A stretch of 64,000 nucleotides of DNA from an uncultured Myxococcales bacterium (GCA_903840165.1 CAIMEY010000017.1:1-64000); one strand, 5' to 3'. Counted from the first letter of the stretch, positions 19,708 to 30,042 are shown. Numbers and translations are program-made. The notes: generated by a model from the letters alone, not told the origin.

Positions 19708-21996
19708 TCAGAGCGAAACCTGCCCCGCCGCCGGCATCCGCGCGGTATTGTAGCCACCAGACTGCCCGAAATCATTGGCTCCCCAGCACCAAACGCGGCT
19801 GTCTTTGTCAAGCGCACAACTATGAGCGATGCCGGCCGCCACGCTCTTGGCGCCGAAGACTTGCTTGTTGGCAAAGCCGGTCGCACTGCCCGTCGGCCCA
19901 CTCCCATCTAACTGCCCTAAATCATTATTTCCCCAACAAATGACCGTGCCCGAATCCTGCACGCCACAGGCATGGTTCCTGCCGATGGCCATCGTCTTGA
20001 ACTGCAAGGCCGGGAGTTCAACGGCGTGACCATCGTCGGGCACAGTGGCACCGCCCCACATCAAGGGCGAATCCGGCATTCCCCAACACCACGGTTCGCC
20101 GGTATCCGTCAGGGCGCAGAAGACGTCATTGCCGGCATAAACGTGCGCAAACTTCGGGGCGCCGGGAGGTAGAAACACCGATATTGGTTGTGAATTGGTG
20201 TCCGCTGCCCCTGGCGTGCCTATCCGATTGGAATACGTATTGCCGCCCCAACATGCCAGGGCTCCATCGTCATGTACGCCGCACGTCGTGTCGGCTAAGG
20301 TAGCGATTTCCTTCCATTGGTAGCCTCCCTGCACGGTGACAAGAGTGCTGGAGTCCAGGGTCGAGCCATTACCTAACTGCCCGTAATTATTTCGACCGAT
20401 GCAACGGACACTACCGTCATTGACCAGGACGCAGGCGTTGTTGCTGCCGACGGTGATTTGACCAATCCCGTCGATCTTTCCTCCCGCGGTGGGCATGCAA
20501 GGGCCGCCAAAGCAGAACTGTTGATTGCCCCAACACCGTAATTGGCCTGAGGACTCGGCAATGCAGCCACCACCCCAGGCTAGGCCCAAGTCGGCGCCAT
20601 CCGGCAAAGGCACCAGCGTTGGGCTGCTGTAGGTGGGCACACCCGTGGCCAAGCCGAGGGCGCCCGCGCCATTATCGCCCCAACACCATGTTTTTCCAGT
20701 TAAATCTTGAGCACACGTGCGCCCATCGCGCGCGCGCAGTCGGGCAAAAGTCAGGGTCTCTGAGAGGCGCTGCACATAGGAGGTCGCGAGTCTGCCATAG
20801 ACTTGACCATAGTCGTTGCTACCCCAGCAAAACACCTGGTCGTCTTTTCGCAGAGCGCAAGCGTGCTGCTCGCCGACGCTAAGTCCAACGAGATCGCTCA
20901 ACACCGCGTATGAGTCGGCCTCAACAACAGGTGCCGGCACGGGACGGTTGAGGTCTCGACCGTCGCCAAGCTGGCCCAAGTCATTGCGTCCCCAGCAGAG
21001 GACTTGCCGCGAAGTAGTTAGCATACAAGCGAAATCCGAGCCGACACCGACCTGAACTGCGGCTGCTTGGGCAAGGACGCGCGTCGGGCCGCTCTGCTGA
21101 CAACTGGCGTCGGAGCAACTAGGCAAGGTGCCCCAACAATACACTTCTCCGCCCCGGTTGACGGCACAAACAGTCAAAGAACTAGCTGAAATATCAACGA
21201 TATTATCGATTCCAGGTACCTGCACGGGCGCATGGCTGCCCCCGCCTGCACCAACGCCGAGCTGCCCACTATCGTTGATGCCCCAGCACCAAGGCTTGCC
21301 TTGAGCGACGGCGCAGACGAAGTAATAGGCCGTCGCCGCAGCAGTAACACCTTTAATTCCAGACACATTGACGGCTCCTGCATGGTCTGCAGTGTCACCG
21401 ACGCCCAACTGCCCGTAGTCGTTGGCTCCCCAACAAGCCAACTGGCCGTCGACTTGGATTGCGCAAGTAACCGAAGATCCGACAACGACGCGTGTTGCCT
21501 TGCCAATTCCGCTCACTGCACCCGGAGCGCCGCCATCGCCGGCGGTCCAGGCGCTGCTGGACGAGTCCCCCCAACAGTAGACGGCACCGCCCTTGTCGAC
21601 ATAGCACGCGTGATTGGACCCCGTCGCAACGGAAACCGCGCCAGATACTGGGGAACCGTCCGCCGCTTGAACGGTGGCGATGGAGACAAGCTTGGTCTGC
21701 GTGTCGGTGCCCCAGCAGCGCAAATGTTGGCTACCGTCGACCACACAACTGCGCATGTCTGCAGCAGACAGCCGCGTAGGCTGCAGCCAAGCCGGGGGCC
21801 AGTTGAGCGGCGTTGCCTCGGCGGTGGCAGGCGGAAACGCTGTTGGTCCAGGGATATGCTCAGCGCAGCCCGTCATCAGGGCCATGAGGGCAAGCGCCCA
21901 CAGGCCTGCCACTCGCCGGAAAAGGTCCGCACGCGCAGGCGCGCAGAGGCCGGCCAGGTTGGCGCGCCCCCTTAAAACCACAAGCAATTGAAGCAT
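19708..21996 (-). CDS. RCC1-repeat (regulator of chromosome condensation-like) beta-propeller protein, secreted
   Basis: At least seven repeats of 'CWG.ND.GQLG.G'. N-terminal signal at MLQLLVVL...LMTGC. Confidence 0.8.
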   Translation of the reverse strand: MLQLLVVLRGRANLAGLCAPARADLFRRVAGLWALALMALMTGCAEHIPGPTAFPPATAEATPLNWPPAWLQPTRLSAADMRSCVVDGSQHLRCWGTDTQTKLVSIATVQAADGSPVSGAVSVATGSNHACYVDKGGAVYCWGDSSSSAWTAGDGGAPGAVSGIGKATRVVVGSSVTCAIQVDGQLACWGANDYGQLGVGDTADHAGAVNVSGIKGVTAAATAYYFVCAVAQGKPWCWGINDSGQLGVGAGGGSHAPVQVPGIDNIVDISASSLTVCAVNRGGEVYCWGTLPSCSDASCQQSGPTRVLAQAAAVQVGVGSDFACMLTTSRQVLCWGRNDLGQLGDGRDLNRPVPAPVVEADSYAVLSDLVGLSVGEQHACALRKDDQVFCWGSNDYGQVYGRLATSYVQRLSETLTFARLRARDGRTCAQDLTGKTWCWGDNGAGALGLATGVPTYSSPTLVPLPDGADLGLAWGGGCIAESSGQLRCWGNQQFCFGGPCMPTAGGKIDGIGQITVGSNNACVLVNDGSVRCIGRNNYGQLGNGSTLDSSTLVTVQGGYQWKEIATLADTTCGVHDDGALACWGGNTYSNRIGTPGAADTNSQPISVFLPPGAPKFAHVYAGNDVFCALTDTGEPWCWGMPDSPLMWGGATVPDDGHAVELPALQFKTMAIGRNHACGVQDSGTVICWGNNDLGQLDGSGPTGSATGFANKQVFGAKSVAAGIAHSCALDKDSRVWCWGANDFGQSGGYNTARMPAAGQVSL

Positions 21997-22064
21997 ATCC
22001 GAACCCGCAAGGGAACTCTGGGTCGGATGGCTGCTTGGCATTGGGCACATCACCGACTCCCCCG

Positions 22065-23099
22065 TTAGAACCGCCAGGCGACGCCCATGCCCGCGGGCAC
22101 TGGGCCTGGGGTCACGGCAATCCGTTCGGAATGACTGATCAATCTCCATACGCCATAACCGGCTACCGCGACGCCCACGCCCAGCAAGCTGTAGCCTGTG
22201 TTGCGCCGCCCGGCGATGGATGCAGCCCGTTCATGCGCCTGATCAAAGGTGATTTTGCCTGTCACATGGCCATTGACCAGCCCAAGGTCCTTGTCCAAAG
22301 ACTGCCGGTCGACCGTGGCCCACGCATACAAACCAACACCGGCCAACGCCAGCACTGAGCCCCCGCCGGTTAGCCACCAACCTGTTGAACGGCCAAGAGA
22401 TTCGCCGGGCACCGCCTGAGGCCCGATGGCCGGTTTCTGCAGGGTTTGCTCCTTGGCCGCTAGGTCTGCCAAGTAGGCCTGAGCCTGACCGCGCTCTGGC
22501 GTCGATTCGGCACACAGCTTGACAAAGCGCGCCAGATAATCACGAGCTAACTCCTTGTCCCCTATCTGAAAATACGTGCGGCCGGCGCGGTACAGCAGAA
22601 CGGGCTCGCCGGGTCGCCGTTCGGCCGCGTCCGCGTACAGATGGGCGGCGAGGGCCAAACGATTGGCCTTGGCGTGCTCGTCGGCTTCGCGAATCATGGC
22701 GTCGATGCGTCCAGAGGCTATTTCCTCAAGGTACTTCTGCGCTTGCCCTGCACGACGCGAATCTTCAGGCGAAGGCTGATGCCCGCCAACCGCGGCTAAA
22801 AACTCACGATAATACTTTTCAGCCACATCCAAATGGCCCGCCACGTGCTGGGCTCGCGCTGCGCCATAGACATAGGCGGGCGTTGTTGGGTCTGAATGCC
22901 AAGCGTCCAAGTACAGTTGCGTGGCGCGGTCGTGGTCCCCCGCCTCATAGGCTGCTGTCGCATTCTTTGCCATGGAAAGCGCGGACTTGGCGCGATCGAC
23001 CGCGAAGACCGGCAGGGCCAGCCCAAGGCTCCAGGCGAGTACGCCCGCAACGATTCGGTGACGCCTCATGGGCACCCCAGCCATGCGGGCTGGCCGAGA
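22065..23099 (-). CDS. TPR-like repeat protein with C-terminal transmembrane anchor
   Basis: Tetratricopeptide-like helical repeats ('AEKYYREFLAA', 'AQAYLADLAAK'). C-terminal hydrophobic segment ending ...GPVPAGMGVAWRF. A paralogue lies at 46337-47236. Confidence 0.55.
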   Translation of the reverse strand, partial: SRPARMAGVPMRRHRIVAGVLAWSLGLALPVFAVDRAKSALSMAKNATAAYEAGDHDRATQLYLDAWHSDPTTPAYVYGAARAQHVAGHLDVAEKYYREFLAAVGGHQPSPEDSRRAGQAQKYLEEIASGRIDAMIREADEHAKANRLALAAHLYADAAERRPGEPVLLYRAGRTYFQIGDKELARDYLARFVKLCAESTPERGQAQAYLADLAAKEQTLQKPAIGPQAVPGESLGRSTGWWLTGGGSVLALAGVGLYAWATVDRQSLDKDLGLVNGHVTGKITFDQAHERAASIAGRRNTGYSLLGVGVAVAGYGVWRLISHSERIAVTPGPVPAGMGVAWRF

Positions 23100-23335
23100 A
23101 GCGGCACCGAGTAAGGCTGAAAATACAGACCGTTGGATTGCGAACCGCCGTACATGCCGCTTTGCCCTCATCACGCGCCAAGCAAGGAGCGCCCCTGCCG
23201 CAATGCTTCCGGCAAGTTTGCACCCCTGGCCTAGCCCGGTCAAGCGCGCCGAGTTCCGCAGTCTTGCACGGTCTGTGCAGCAATAGGACGCCGCCGCTGC
23301 CGCGCGGGCAATCAAAACCCTTCAAAATGATGGCG

Positions 23336-25165
23336 CTATCTATCCTTGACCAAAGCCTGCGCGTCCGCCTTCGCCACGCCATCGCCCCTCAAGCTCTTGG
23401 CCAGCAAGAGGTTCACCAGCGAGCCACTGCCCGAATCGTCCCCGGCGACGATTTCCGGCACCAGCCGTTGACCACTGGTGGCAAGGGCCGTCGCCACGGC
23501 AATTGCTGTGTAATTCTCTTGCCCCATGGCTGCAACCTTCTGCTCGCTGACCTTGGCCTCGGACTGACCGATAGAGAGAATCTTGCCTGCCTCGGCCTGC
23601 CCATTGACCTGCGTCACTTCGGCATCGGCGTCGGCATCGATCTTCTTGGCACGGGCGACGCCTTCAGCTTTCTTGACCGCTGATTGTGCATCAAACTCAG
23701 CAATTTGCACACGCCGCTCCGCCCCAACTACATCAGCCTGGGTGTCCGCCAACGCCTTGGCCTTTTGCAGTTTGGTGCGCGCGTCTTCTGTGGTCATCTG
23801 CGTGGCGAAAGTCGACTGCTGCTCCTCAGCAATCTTGCGATCCGTAAGCGTTTTCATCAATTCTTCGGGGGGCGACATGTCGCCAATCAACGTATCCACC
23901 GCAACCACGTTGTATTCATTCAGGGTTGCCGCAATACGCACCTTGGCTTCTTCCTGCCTCTTGGTTCGTTCACGAATAAAATCAATGACATCGGCATTTT
24001 GCGCGGCATTGCGAAAATCGTTACCGATGGTCGGCTCGAGCATCTGCGTCACCAAGTTCTGCATGCTGCCCACGCGGGCAATGACAAGGGGAGCCTTGGC
24101 ACGGGGAACGTGAATGATTTGGCTTACATCCAGGTTGAACTTGAAGCCATCCTTGGAGCGAACCGAGATGGTCGACAGGTTCTTGTCGAGGTTATGTGCC
24201 TCATTTTTGCCCGTCGCCCAGTTGAGCACGACATTGGCTGTTGGCACCAGTTCCACCTTGTGGGTGCGCGGATTGATGGGGTACATGCCGGGGTCCAAAG
24301 GCTCGTCCCACACGCCTTTGTGGTTCTTTTGCACGAGGTTACCGTGCTGGAACGAGTCGCCGCTGACGTCTTCCCCCACCTCGCCCACGTAGGAAATCAC
24401 CACGCCGACATGGGCGATGGGCACCTGGGTCAGGTCAAAGAACTCCACCGAAGCAAAACGCGGATTGATGTTGTAGCGCCCGGCCATGATGACCTGCACC
24501 TGCAGACCTTTGAAACCGCCCCGATCGACAAAGGTTTGGCCGTCTTGGAACATGTTGTGACCCGAAGTTTCGCCGCCGGCAATTTCGCCTGTGGGTAGCG
24601 GTGTGCCGTCCTTGGTGGTGATGACGCCGACCTTGTCATCGGGCACTTCGGTCGCTTCTTCCTCAACAACCGTAAAGAGTTGCGTGTTGATACGGTAGGT
24701 GCCGGGCGGAATGACCGCAATCTGTGGACCGCGCTGACCGCCATTCTCCAAGAAACTCCGGGCATTTTGGAACGAATCGCAGTCAACAAAGCGCGCCAGC
24801 ACCCGCCCGCCGGAAAGCGGAATTCCGTCCCGCGATTCCACCACGCCTAGGCAACCTTCGTGAATGGTTGTAAAGGGTACGACGTCAATTTCGTACTGCC
24901 ACGGCCACAGACCGATGTGCAGACCGGGGGCCAAGGTGTCCGATTGGTAGCCCGCCTCGCCTTTGAGGGCAATAATCGCCCCATCGGGCAACGTGCGGTT
25001 GCTGCCGAGCAGGACAAAGCGCTTGTTCACCAAACCCATTGTATTTTGAGGGATAATGATGACGCCAAATAGACGCAGCCACAGCTTGAACGTGACCACT
25101 AGAAATACAGCGGCAAGCAGCCACCAATAGGAAATCGCTAAGTGAATCAAGGCGTCCATGACCAA
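23336..25165 (-). CDS. Flotillin-like SPFH/band-7 domain protein (YqiK-type)
   Basis: N-terminal TM helix, SPFH domain, and a long coiled-coil with Ala/Glu/Lys-rich repeats (AEFDAQSAVKKAEGVARAKKIDADADAEV). Confidence 0.8.
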   Translation of the reverse strand: MVMDALIHLAISYWWLLAAVFLVVTFKLWLRLFGVIIIPQNTMGLVNKRFVLLGSNRTLPDGAIIALKGEAGYQSDTLAPGLHIGLWPWQYEIDVVPFTTIHEGCLGVVESRDGIPLSGGRVLARFVDCDSFQNARSFLENGGQRGPQIAVIPPGTYRINTQLFTVVEEEATEVPDDKVGVITTKDGTPLPTGEIAGGETSGHNMFQDGQTFVDRGGFKGLQVQVIMAGRYNINPRFASVEFFDLTQVPIAHVGVVISYVGEVGEDVSGDSFQHGNLVQKNHKGVWDEPLDPGMYPINPRTHKVELVPTANVVLNWATGKNEAHNLDKNLSTISVRSKDGFKFNLDVSQIIHVPRAKAPLVIARVGSMQNLVTQMLEPTIGNDFRNAAQNADVIDFIRERTKRQEEAKVRIAATLNEYNVVAVDTLIGDMSPPEELMKTLTDRKIAEEQQSTFATQMTTEDARTKLQKAKALADTQADVVGAERRVQIAEFDAQSAVKKAEGVARAKKIDADADAEVTQVNGQAEAGKILSIGQSEAKVSEQKVAAMGQENYTAIAVATALATSGQRLVPEIVAGDDSGSGSLVNLLLAKSLRGDGVAKADAQALVKDR

Positions 25166-25373
25166 ATCACTCCTTGGGCGGGACTGAGCAGGCCGAGTAT
25201 CAGACCAAAGCCCGTCGTTTCACGCCCTTTGCCGAACATCAAGCCAAGCCTGCGACCGAAGGTCGACCGCGGTCCCGGTAGTTTGGGCTTGGCCTTGGGC
25301 GACGTCAAGTCGCGGACAAGCCGAGCAAGTAGCTCGTCGCAAGACCGCCAACTGGTCAATTCTTTAGGCGCAC

Positions 25374-25475
25374 GAGGGATGTGGACCCCGGCACGGGGCG
25401 GCGTCCGACGCCGCTTTTGCTGACGGGGCGCTAGCCACGGCGGCAAAAGTCCCAGCCCGGTCGCCGCAGGCGACG
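25374..25475 (+). repeat. REP-like element (family 1), copy C (diverged middle hairpin)
   Basis: Shares 'cgagggatgtggacc', 'ggcgtccgacgcc' and 'cccagcccggtcgccgc' with copies A/B. The middle stem is changed to cttttgc...gcaaaag, i.e. pairing is preserved. Confidence 0.6.
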
Positions 25476-25496
25476 TGCCCAAACTCAGACGCTGCC

Positions 25497-27582
25497 TTAC
25501 TGTTCACGCACGAAGAGTTCTTGGGCGACGCCGCTGCAGGCCCAGGTACCGGTGTAACTCGTGTACATACAGCCACATTGCGCGTGCAACGAGCCGTCAT
25601 ACAGGCAAGCTTGGTGGTTGGGCGAGGTGCCGATGCAGTAGTTGGCCTTGTTGCCGACGCCGACGCCCCAGTTCCACCAGATGCCGTTGCCGTACTGTAA
25701 GCCGCTGATATTGGTCAGGGTAAAGTCTGGAGCACCCTCGTAGGTCCAGGCCTGATTGGTTTGGTCGGGGAAGGCAAACATCTTGAAAATGCTGCCATAA
25801 GGCCCGGGCTGGAACTTGACGACCGACACCGGTTGCGCGCCATCAGAGGACGTGGCGCCGCTGCCAAACACCTTGGACAAGACATAGCCGCCGTTGGCCC
25901 AGTTTTTCGTAATTGTTTCAAGAGTTACCCAGCGGCCTGAGGTATCGCAGGTGGTCTTGTCGCCCGCAACAAAGCGCATGCCGCGGGTCCAACCGCCGCC
26001 GTCCGTGGACATGTCGCACCAGACCTGAAAGGAATTGGCACCGCCGGGGCCGTCCGGATCAATCCAATAATACCCGTCCTTAGACATCGGCGCCTTGATG
26101 ATGATGTCGCGGCAGGAAGCACCCGGGGTTGCCTGCGAGCCAATGACGCCGAGGTTGAGCGGGAAAAAGTCTTTGCCATTGCAGATGTACAGTGCTTGGT
26201 CGACGGTGTTGACATAGGCATAGCCCGTCTGCGTGGCGTCACAGGTCACAGGATGTTGAATCGCCAGTTGGAATTTCAGGCCGCCCTGGGCGATTAGTAC
26301 GCCGCTGCTCAGGACTTTTTTGCTCGATAGGGTCTGAACGCCCAAGGACCAGCTGTTGATGGCACCGTCGTTGGCAATGTTGTTAAAGCCACTGTCCACC
26401 ACCGTCAGCAGCCATTTGCCGGCCGGATTCTTGCCCACCCAGGCGCCGAGATCCCCGCTGACTAGCTTGGATTTGCTGGGGAAAACGGTCTTAAGGCTGA
26501 CTCCGTCGGCCGCGCCATCCCACAGCACGTATTGGGCATTGTTCGGGTCGGTCAGCGTCACTTTGAGTTTGAGCAAGCTCGAGGTGCTGATATCGACAGA
26601 CACGGTGACGGCCTGCGCGGTGCCCAAGTCGGGGACGGTCAATGCGTCGGTAACCCCCGGTGGGAAATAGTCTTTGATAGGGACGACGCCCGTTCCGGCA
26701 AAGGAGTCGATAAAGACGTCGCTAAGCAACCCATTGGAAACTTGGGACAAGCCGTCTGCAGGCAAGGCCGGCGTCGCCGGGACACACTGGAGCGAGCCGT
26801 CATTGGCTAGGCCCTGGACGACAAGGCCCGAGCCGCACGCCGTCCCCACCTTGGCTAGGGCAGGAATGCCCTGCAGGTCTGCGAACTTCCCTGTCGTCGC
26901 CACATTGGCCAAACCACCCTTTTGGGCAAAGACGCTGAGGTCCGGCTGAGCCAGTAGATCGTTGTAATTTCCGGTTGTTGCCACCGTCGCTAGGGTGGAT
27001 GCCTTGGCAAACACCTGGAGATCCGCGGCCTTGGCATAGTCCTGCAGGTCCGCAGTCTTGGCCAGGGGCTGAAGGTCGACGGTCTTGGCATAAGGCTGTA
27101 AATCCGAGGATTTGGCGTAATCCTTGAGGACGCCGGCATCGAGTTGTCCGGCGGTCACACAGCCAGAACAGCCAATCGAATTAGCCACTTGTGCAACGAC
27201 GGCAAAGGCCACGGCGCGCAACGGCACAGGAGCCAACGCCGGGTCGTTGCCAACCTGCACGGTCAGCCACAGATCCTGGCTTAGGCCGGCATTGCTCAAC
27301 AAATTCGAGGCAATGGCTACCTTGCTGCCCAGCGCCCAGGCAAAGCGACCACTTTGGACCGTGACGACCACCGGCCCTTCGCTCCATAGCGGCTGACCGA
27401 CCGCCTTGTCATTGGCAAACAGGCTGAAAGTCAAGGCGTAATCACCATCTGCCGCGGGCCCTCCTGCTGCCGATAGCAGCGCGCCGACGGTACCCAAGGT
27501 GCCAGCATTGACCGCTAGCGCCACGGAGGCCTGCAGGGCCAGCAGAATGCAAGCACAGAGAATAAAAATGCTTTTCCCCATC
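25497..27582 (-). CDS. Large secreted protein with phage-fibre-like 'DLQxYAK' repeats and a fibrinogen-related (FReD-like) domain
   Basis: Start at MGKSIFILCACILLALQASVALA (signal). 'TVDLQPLAKTADLQDYAKAADLQVFAK' repeats. 'CRDIIIKAPMSKDGYYWIDPDGPGGANSFQVWCDMSTDGGGWT' matches the fibrinogen C-terminal domain core (C..I.....G.Y.I.P......F.VYCDM.TDGGGWT). Confidence 0.7.
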
Positions 27583-28010
27583 CTCGCGACGCGAACTCGG
27601 GACTTGGGCGGCAGACTCGGTTGCATCGGGCTCTCCTGCAAGCAGTGGACACTTGGCACCTTAGCGCTTGCCGGCCGCGGTTGCAACGGGGGGCGCTGCG
27701 GCCTAGGTGCCCCTGCATGCACGGCAGTCAGGTGCTTGAATATGCGCGTGAATTGAGGTGTTTCGGGCGCTCGCAATGCAATCTTCGGGCAAAGTGCTCG
27801 TCGCAGCAGTCCCTTGGCCGTTTCGCGGGGATTTGCCGGAGTCGACGCCCGAGCCCGGGCAGGCGAACCGGCAGACAGGAACGCTCCACCGTGGCAAGCA
27901 CCATGCGCGGCACTAGTCAGCTGCCGAATTGCCTTTGCTAGCAAGTTCTTGGCGCAACCTGTTCAATTCGGTGAAGGCGCGCCGGGCAAATCGATGCCTC
28001 CGCGGGGTCC

Positions 28011-28400
28011 TCACGCAGCAACGTGCGAGCAAAGCTCCACGAGCGTGCCATCGGGACAGCGAACGTAAGAAACCGTTTGTCCCCAAGGCTTTTGCGCGGG
28101 CTCGCCAATGGAGGCTGCGCCGGCTGCTATCGCTTTTGCATGGGCAGCAGCGACGTCTTCGGTGACCAGGGCAATCTCCATGCCCAGCGGCAATTCCGAT
28201 TGACTGGCCAGGACATAGCCACCCGGCAAATTCGCCCGGCCCAGTTCATGGCTGGCAAAGGCCAGGACCGTCGCGCCGGTTTCGAGCTCGCCATAGCCCG
28301 ATTCGTGCACAAATCGCCGCTTGAAACCAAAGGCTTTTTCAAAGAACTCCACCGAAGCGAGCACGTCGGGGACATAGATGATGGTGTAGCCGAGGTTCAT
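28011..28400 (-). CDS. VOC-family (glyoxalase/bleomycin-resistance fold) protein
   Basis: 129 aa, 'GYTIIYVPDV...FFEKAFGF' in a typical glyoxalase-I-like arrangement. Confidence 0.8.
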   Translation of the reverse strand: MNLGYTIIYVPDVLASVEFFEKAFGFKRRFVHESGYGELETGATVLAFASHELGRANLPGGYVLASQSELPLGMEIALVTEDVAAAHAKAIAAGAASIGEPAQKPWGQTVSYVRCPDGTLVELCSHVAA

Positions 28401-29893
28401 GTTTCGTTCCTTGATGCAGAATTTGCTTCATCCCTTGCACGCCCAGCAAATCGACCTTGCGTCACCGCCGCGACCAGTTCGGCCGAAAGCTGCCCAGTTC
28501 TCTGCAGGTGGCGCATCGCCAAGATCGGCCGCGTCCCCCAGCTCATCAATTCCTCAATCGTCAGGCTACCTAAGGTTGGGTGCGGGTACCAGGGCTGCAG
28601 GTCGCGCTCCCCCACCACCTGCAAGAGCTCCACCAAGCCATCGAGCCGATTCATCTTCATATACGGGCAGGTCGCACACCCGCCGCCAACACTACATCCC
28701 TCGCCACTGGCAGGCCCCGGCACGATGCCCAGCGGCGAATCACCAGCGACGGTAACCGCATCAGCTGCAACGGGAAAAATCAGTTCCAACGCCACATCGG
28801 TGCGCGCGTGCTGGCGCAGCAGGCCTTGAACCGCCCGGACCACACTGGTCACCATCCCAGACTCGGTACCCAGCACGACCTTGACCGTTTGCGGCCCGGT
28901 TTGCTCCAGGGCAACGCCCAGGGCTTGCATAATAAAATCAAGGATATTCGACGTAGAGCCGACTGCGCCACGCCCTTGAGCCTGGGCCTGCAGGGCCAGT
29001 GCGAACATCTCCCCCGGCACTTCCAGGTGGGCCGTCAGCAAGGCGTCAGCATGGAATTGCCTTACCTTCTCAACAACTTGCGCACCAAACAGCTGATGCA
29101 CCACGCAGGCCCCTTGGGCAAAACAGTGCAGCCGTCCGTGCAGCGCCGCCACCGTCGCCGGGGTGTGGGCCGGGTGAATCGCCTGCACCTCGGCCACTGT
29201 CATCTGCGCCATGTTGTCAAGCAAGACTTCGATATTATTGCCCATATACGTGTCAGGGCCATACCAAATGTGCACGTCCAGCAATTGCGCCGCCGCCTGC
29301 AGCATCGTCTGTAGCACATTGGAGGAAGTACATGTAATCGTGGGTAGTTCCTGCTCCGACAACGCCTTGACCACCAAGGAGGTGTTGATGTAGATGACAT
29401 GCAGCGAATGCGGAACAGTCCGACTTTGCTGCAAAAATGCCGCATAGGCAGGCGCTTCCGCCGCTTGAGCCAAGCTGCAACCGATGGGCCGTTGGTCTAG
29501 GCGCAGCACTTGCACCGGCTGCGGGCCGCCGAGCGCAAACCCAGCGGCATCGAGGACAGCTCGCACATTTTCACTCATGAAATCAACGCCCGCTACCAGC
29601 ACCGTCCGCACGCCCTGCTGCGCCATGGTCACGGCCCTATCGGCCATCAGCAGAGAATCGGAAATGTGCAGGTGCGGCCAGAGGCAGGCGGTCAGGACGC
29701 CCTGGAGCTCAGCATCCATGTAGAAGTGCGCGACAATACCGGCATTCTTCTCGGCCAGCAGCCGATCGAGCTGGGCCACGGTCGCCCGGTCCGGGTCCAA
29801 GAATTCGGCCTGGGCCTGGGCAAAGGCACCTTCGGGCTGCAGGTGGTCACGACCGATCATCAAGCGAGGAAAGGGAGAATCCATTGAAACCAC
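28397..29893 (-). CDS. nadA: Quinolinate synthase A, long form with ~150-aa C-terminal extension
   Basis: 'IVAHFY', 'GVDFMSENVR', 'ITCTSSNVLQ', 'CVVHQLF', 'LGTESGMV' and 'CATCPYMKMN' match the conserved NadA motifs, including the three Cys ligand regions. Confidence 0.8.
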   Translation of the reverse strand: MVSMDSPFPRLMIGRDHLQPEGAFAQAQAEFLDPDRATVAQLDRLLAEKNAGIVAHFYMDAELQGVLTACLWPHLHISDSLLMADRAVTMAQQGVRTVLVAGVDFMSENVRAVLDAAGFALGGPQPVQVLRLDQRPIGCSLAQAAEAPAYAAFLQQSRTVPHSLHVIYINTSLVVKALSEQELPTITCTSSNVLQTMLQAAAQLLDVHIWYGPDTYMGNNIEVLLDNMAQMTVAEVQAIHPAHTPATVAALHGRLHCFAQGACVVHQLFGAQVVEKVRQFHADALLTAHLEVPGEMFALALQAQAQGRGAVGSTSNILDFIMQALGVALEQTGPQTVKVVLGTESGMVTSVVRAVQGLLRQHARTDVALELIFPVAADAVTVAGDSPLGIVPGPASGEGCSVGGGCATCPYMKMNRLDGLVELLQVVGERDLQPWYPHPTLGSLTIEELMSWGTRPILAMRHLQRTGQLSAELVAAVTQGRFAGRARDEANSASRNET

Positions 29894-30042
29894 ACATGAT
29901 TGCGCCCGCAGACCGAAACTCAGTCAGCACCACGAGTTGCACTGGAGTCTTGGGTCGCGGTTGGGCACGTCGGCCTGATTCAGTTGATTTAACGATGGAA
30001 ATTGGCGCTCACCTAGGCCCACCGACCACAGGCAGGGAGCGC

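Noticed and set aside
23684-24598. 304-aa plus-strand ORF
   Set aside because: It is antisense to the flotillin gene and has a low-complexity Leu/Arg/His composition.
25147-25482. 111-aa ORF upstream of the flotillin gene as a possible NfeD/YqiJ partner
   Set aside because: It overlaps REP-like copy C, lacks the NfeD hydrophobic-then-beta-barrel layout, and is Arg/Pro-rich.
28023-29314. Plus-strand ORFs of 268 and 244 aa
   Set aside because: They are antisense to the VOC and nadA genes, which both have clear motifs.
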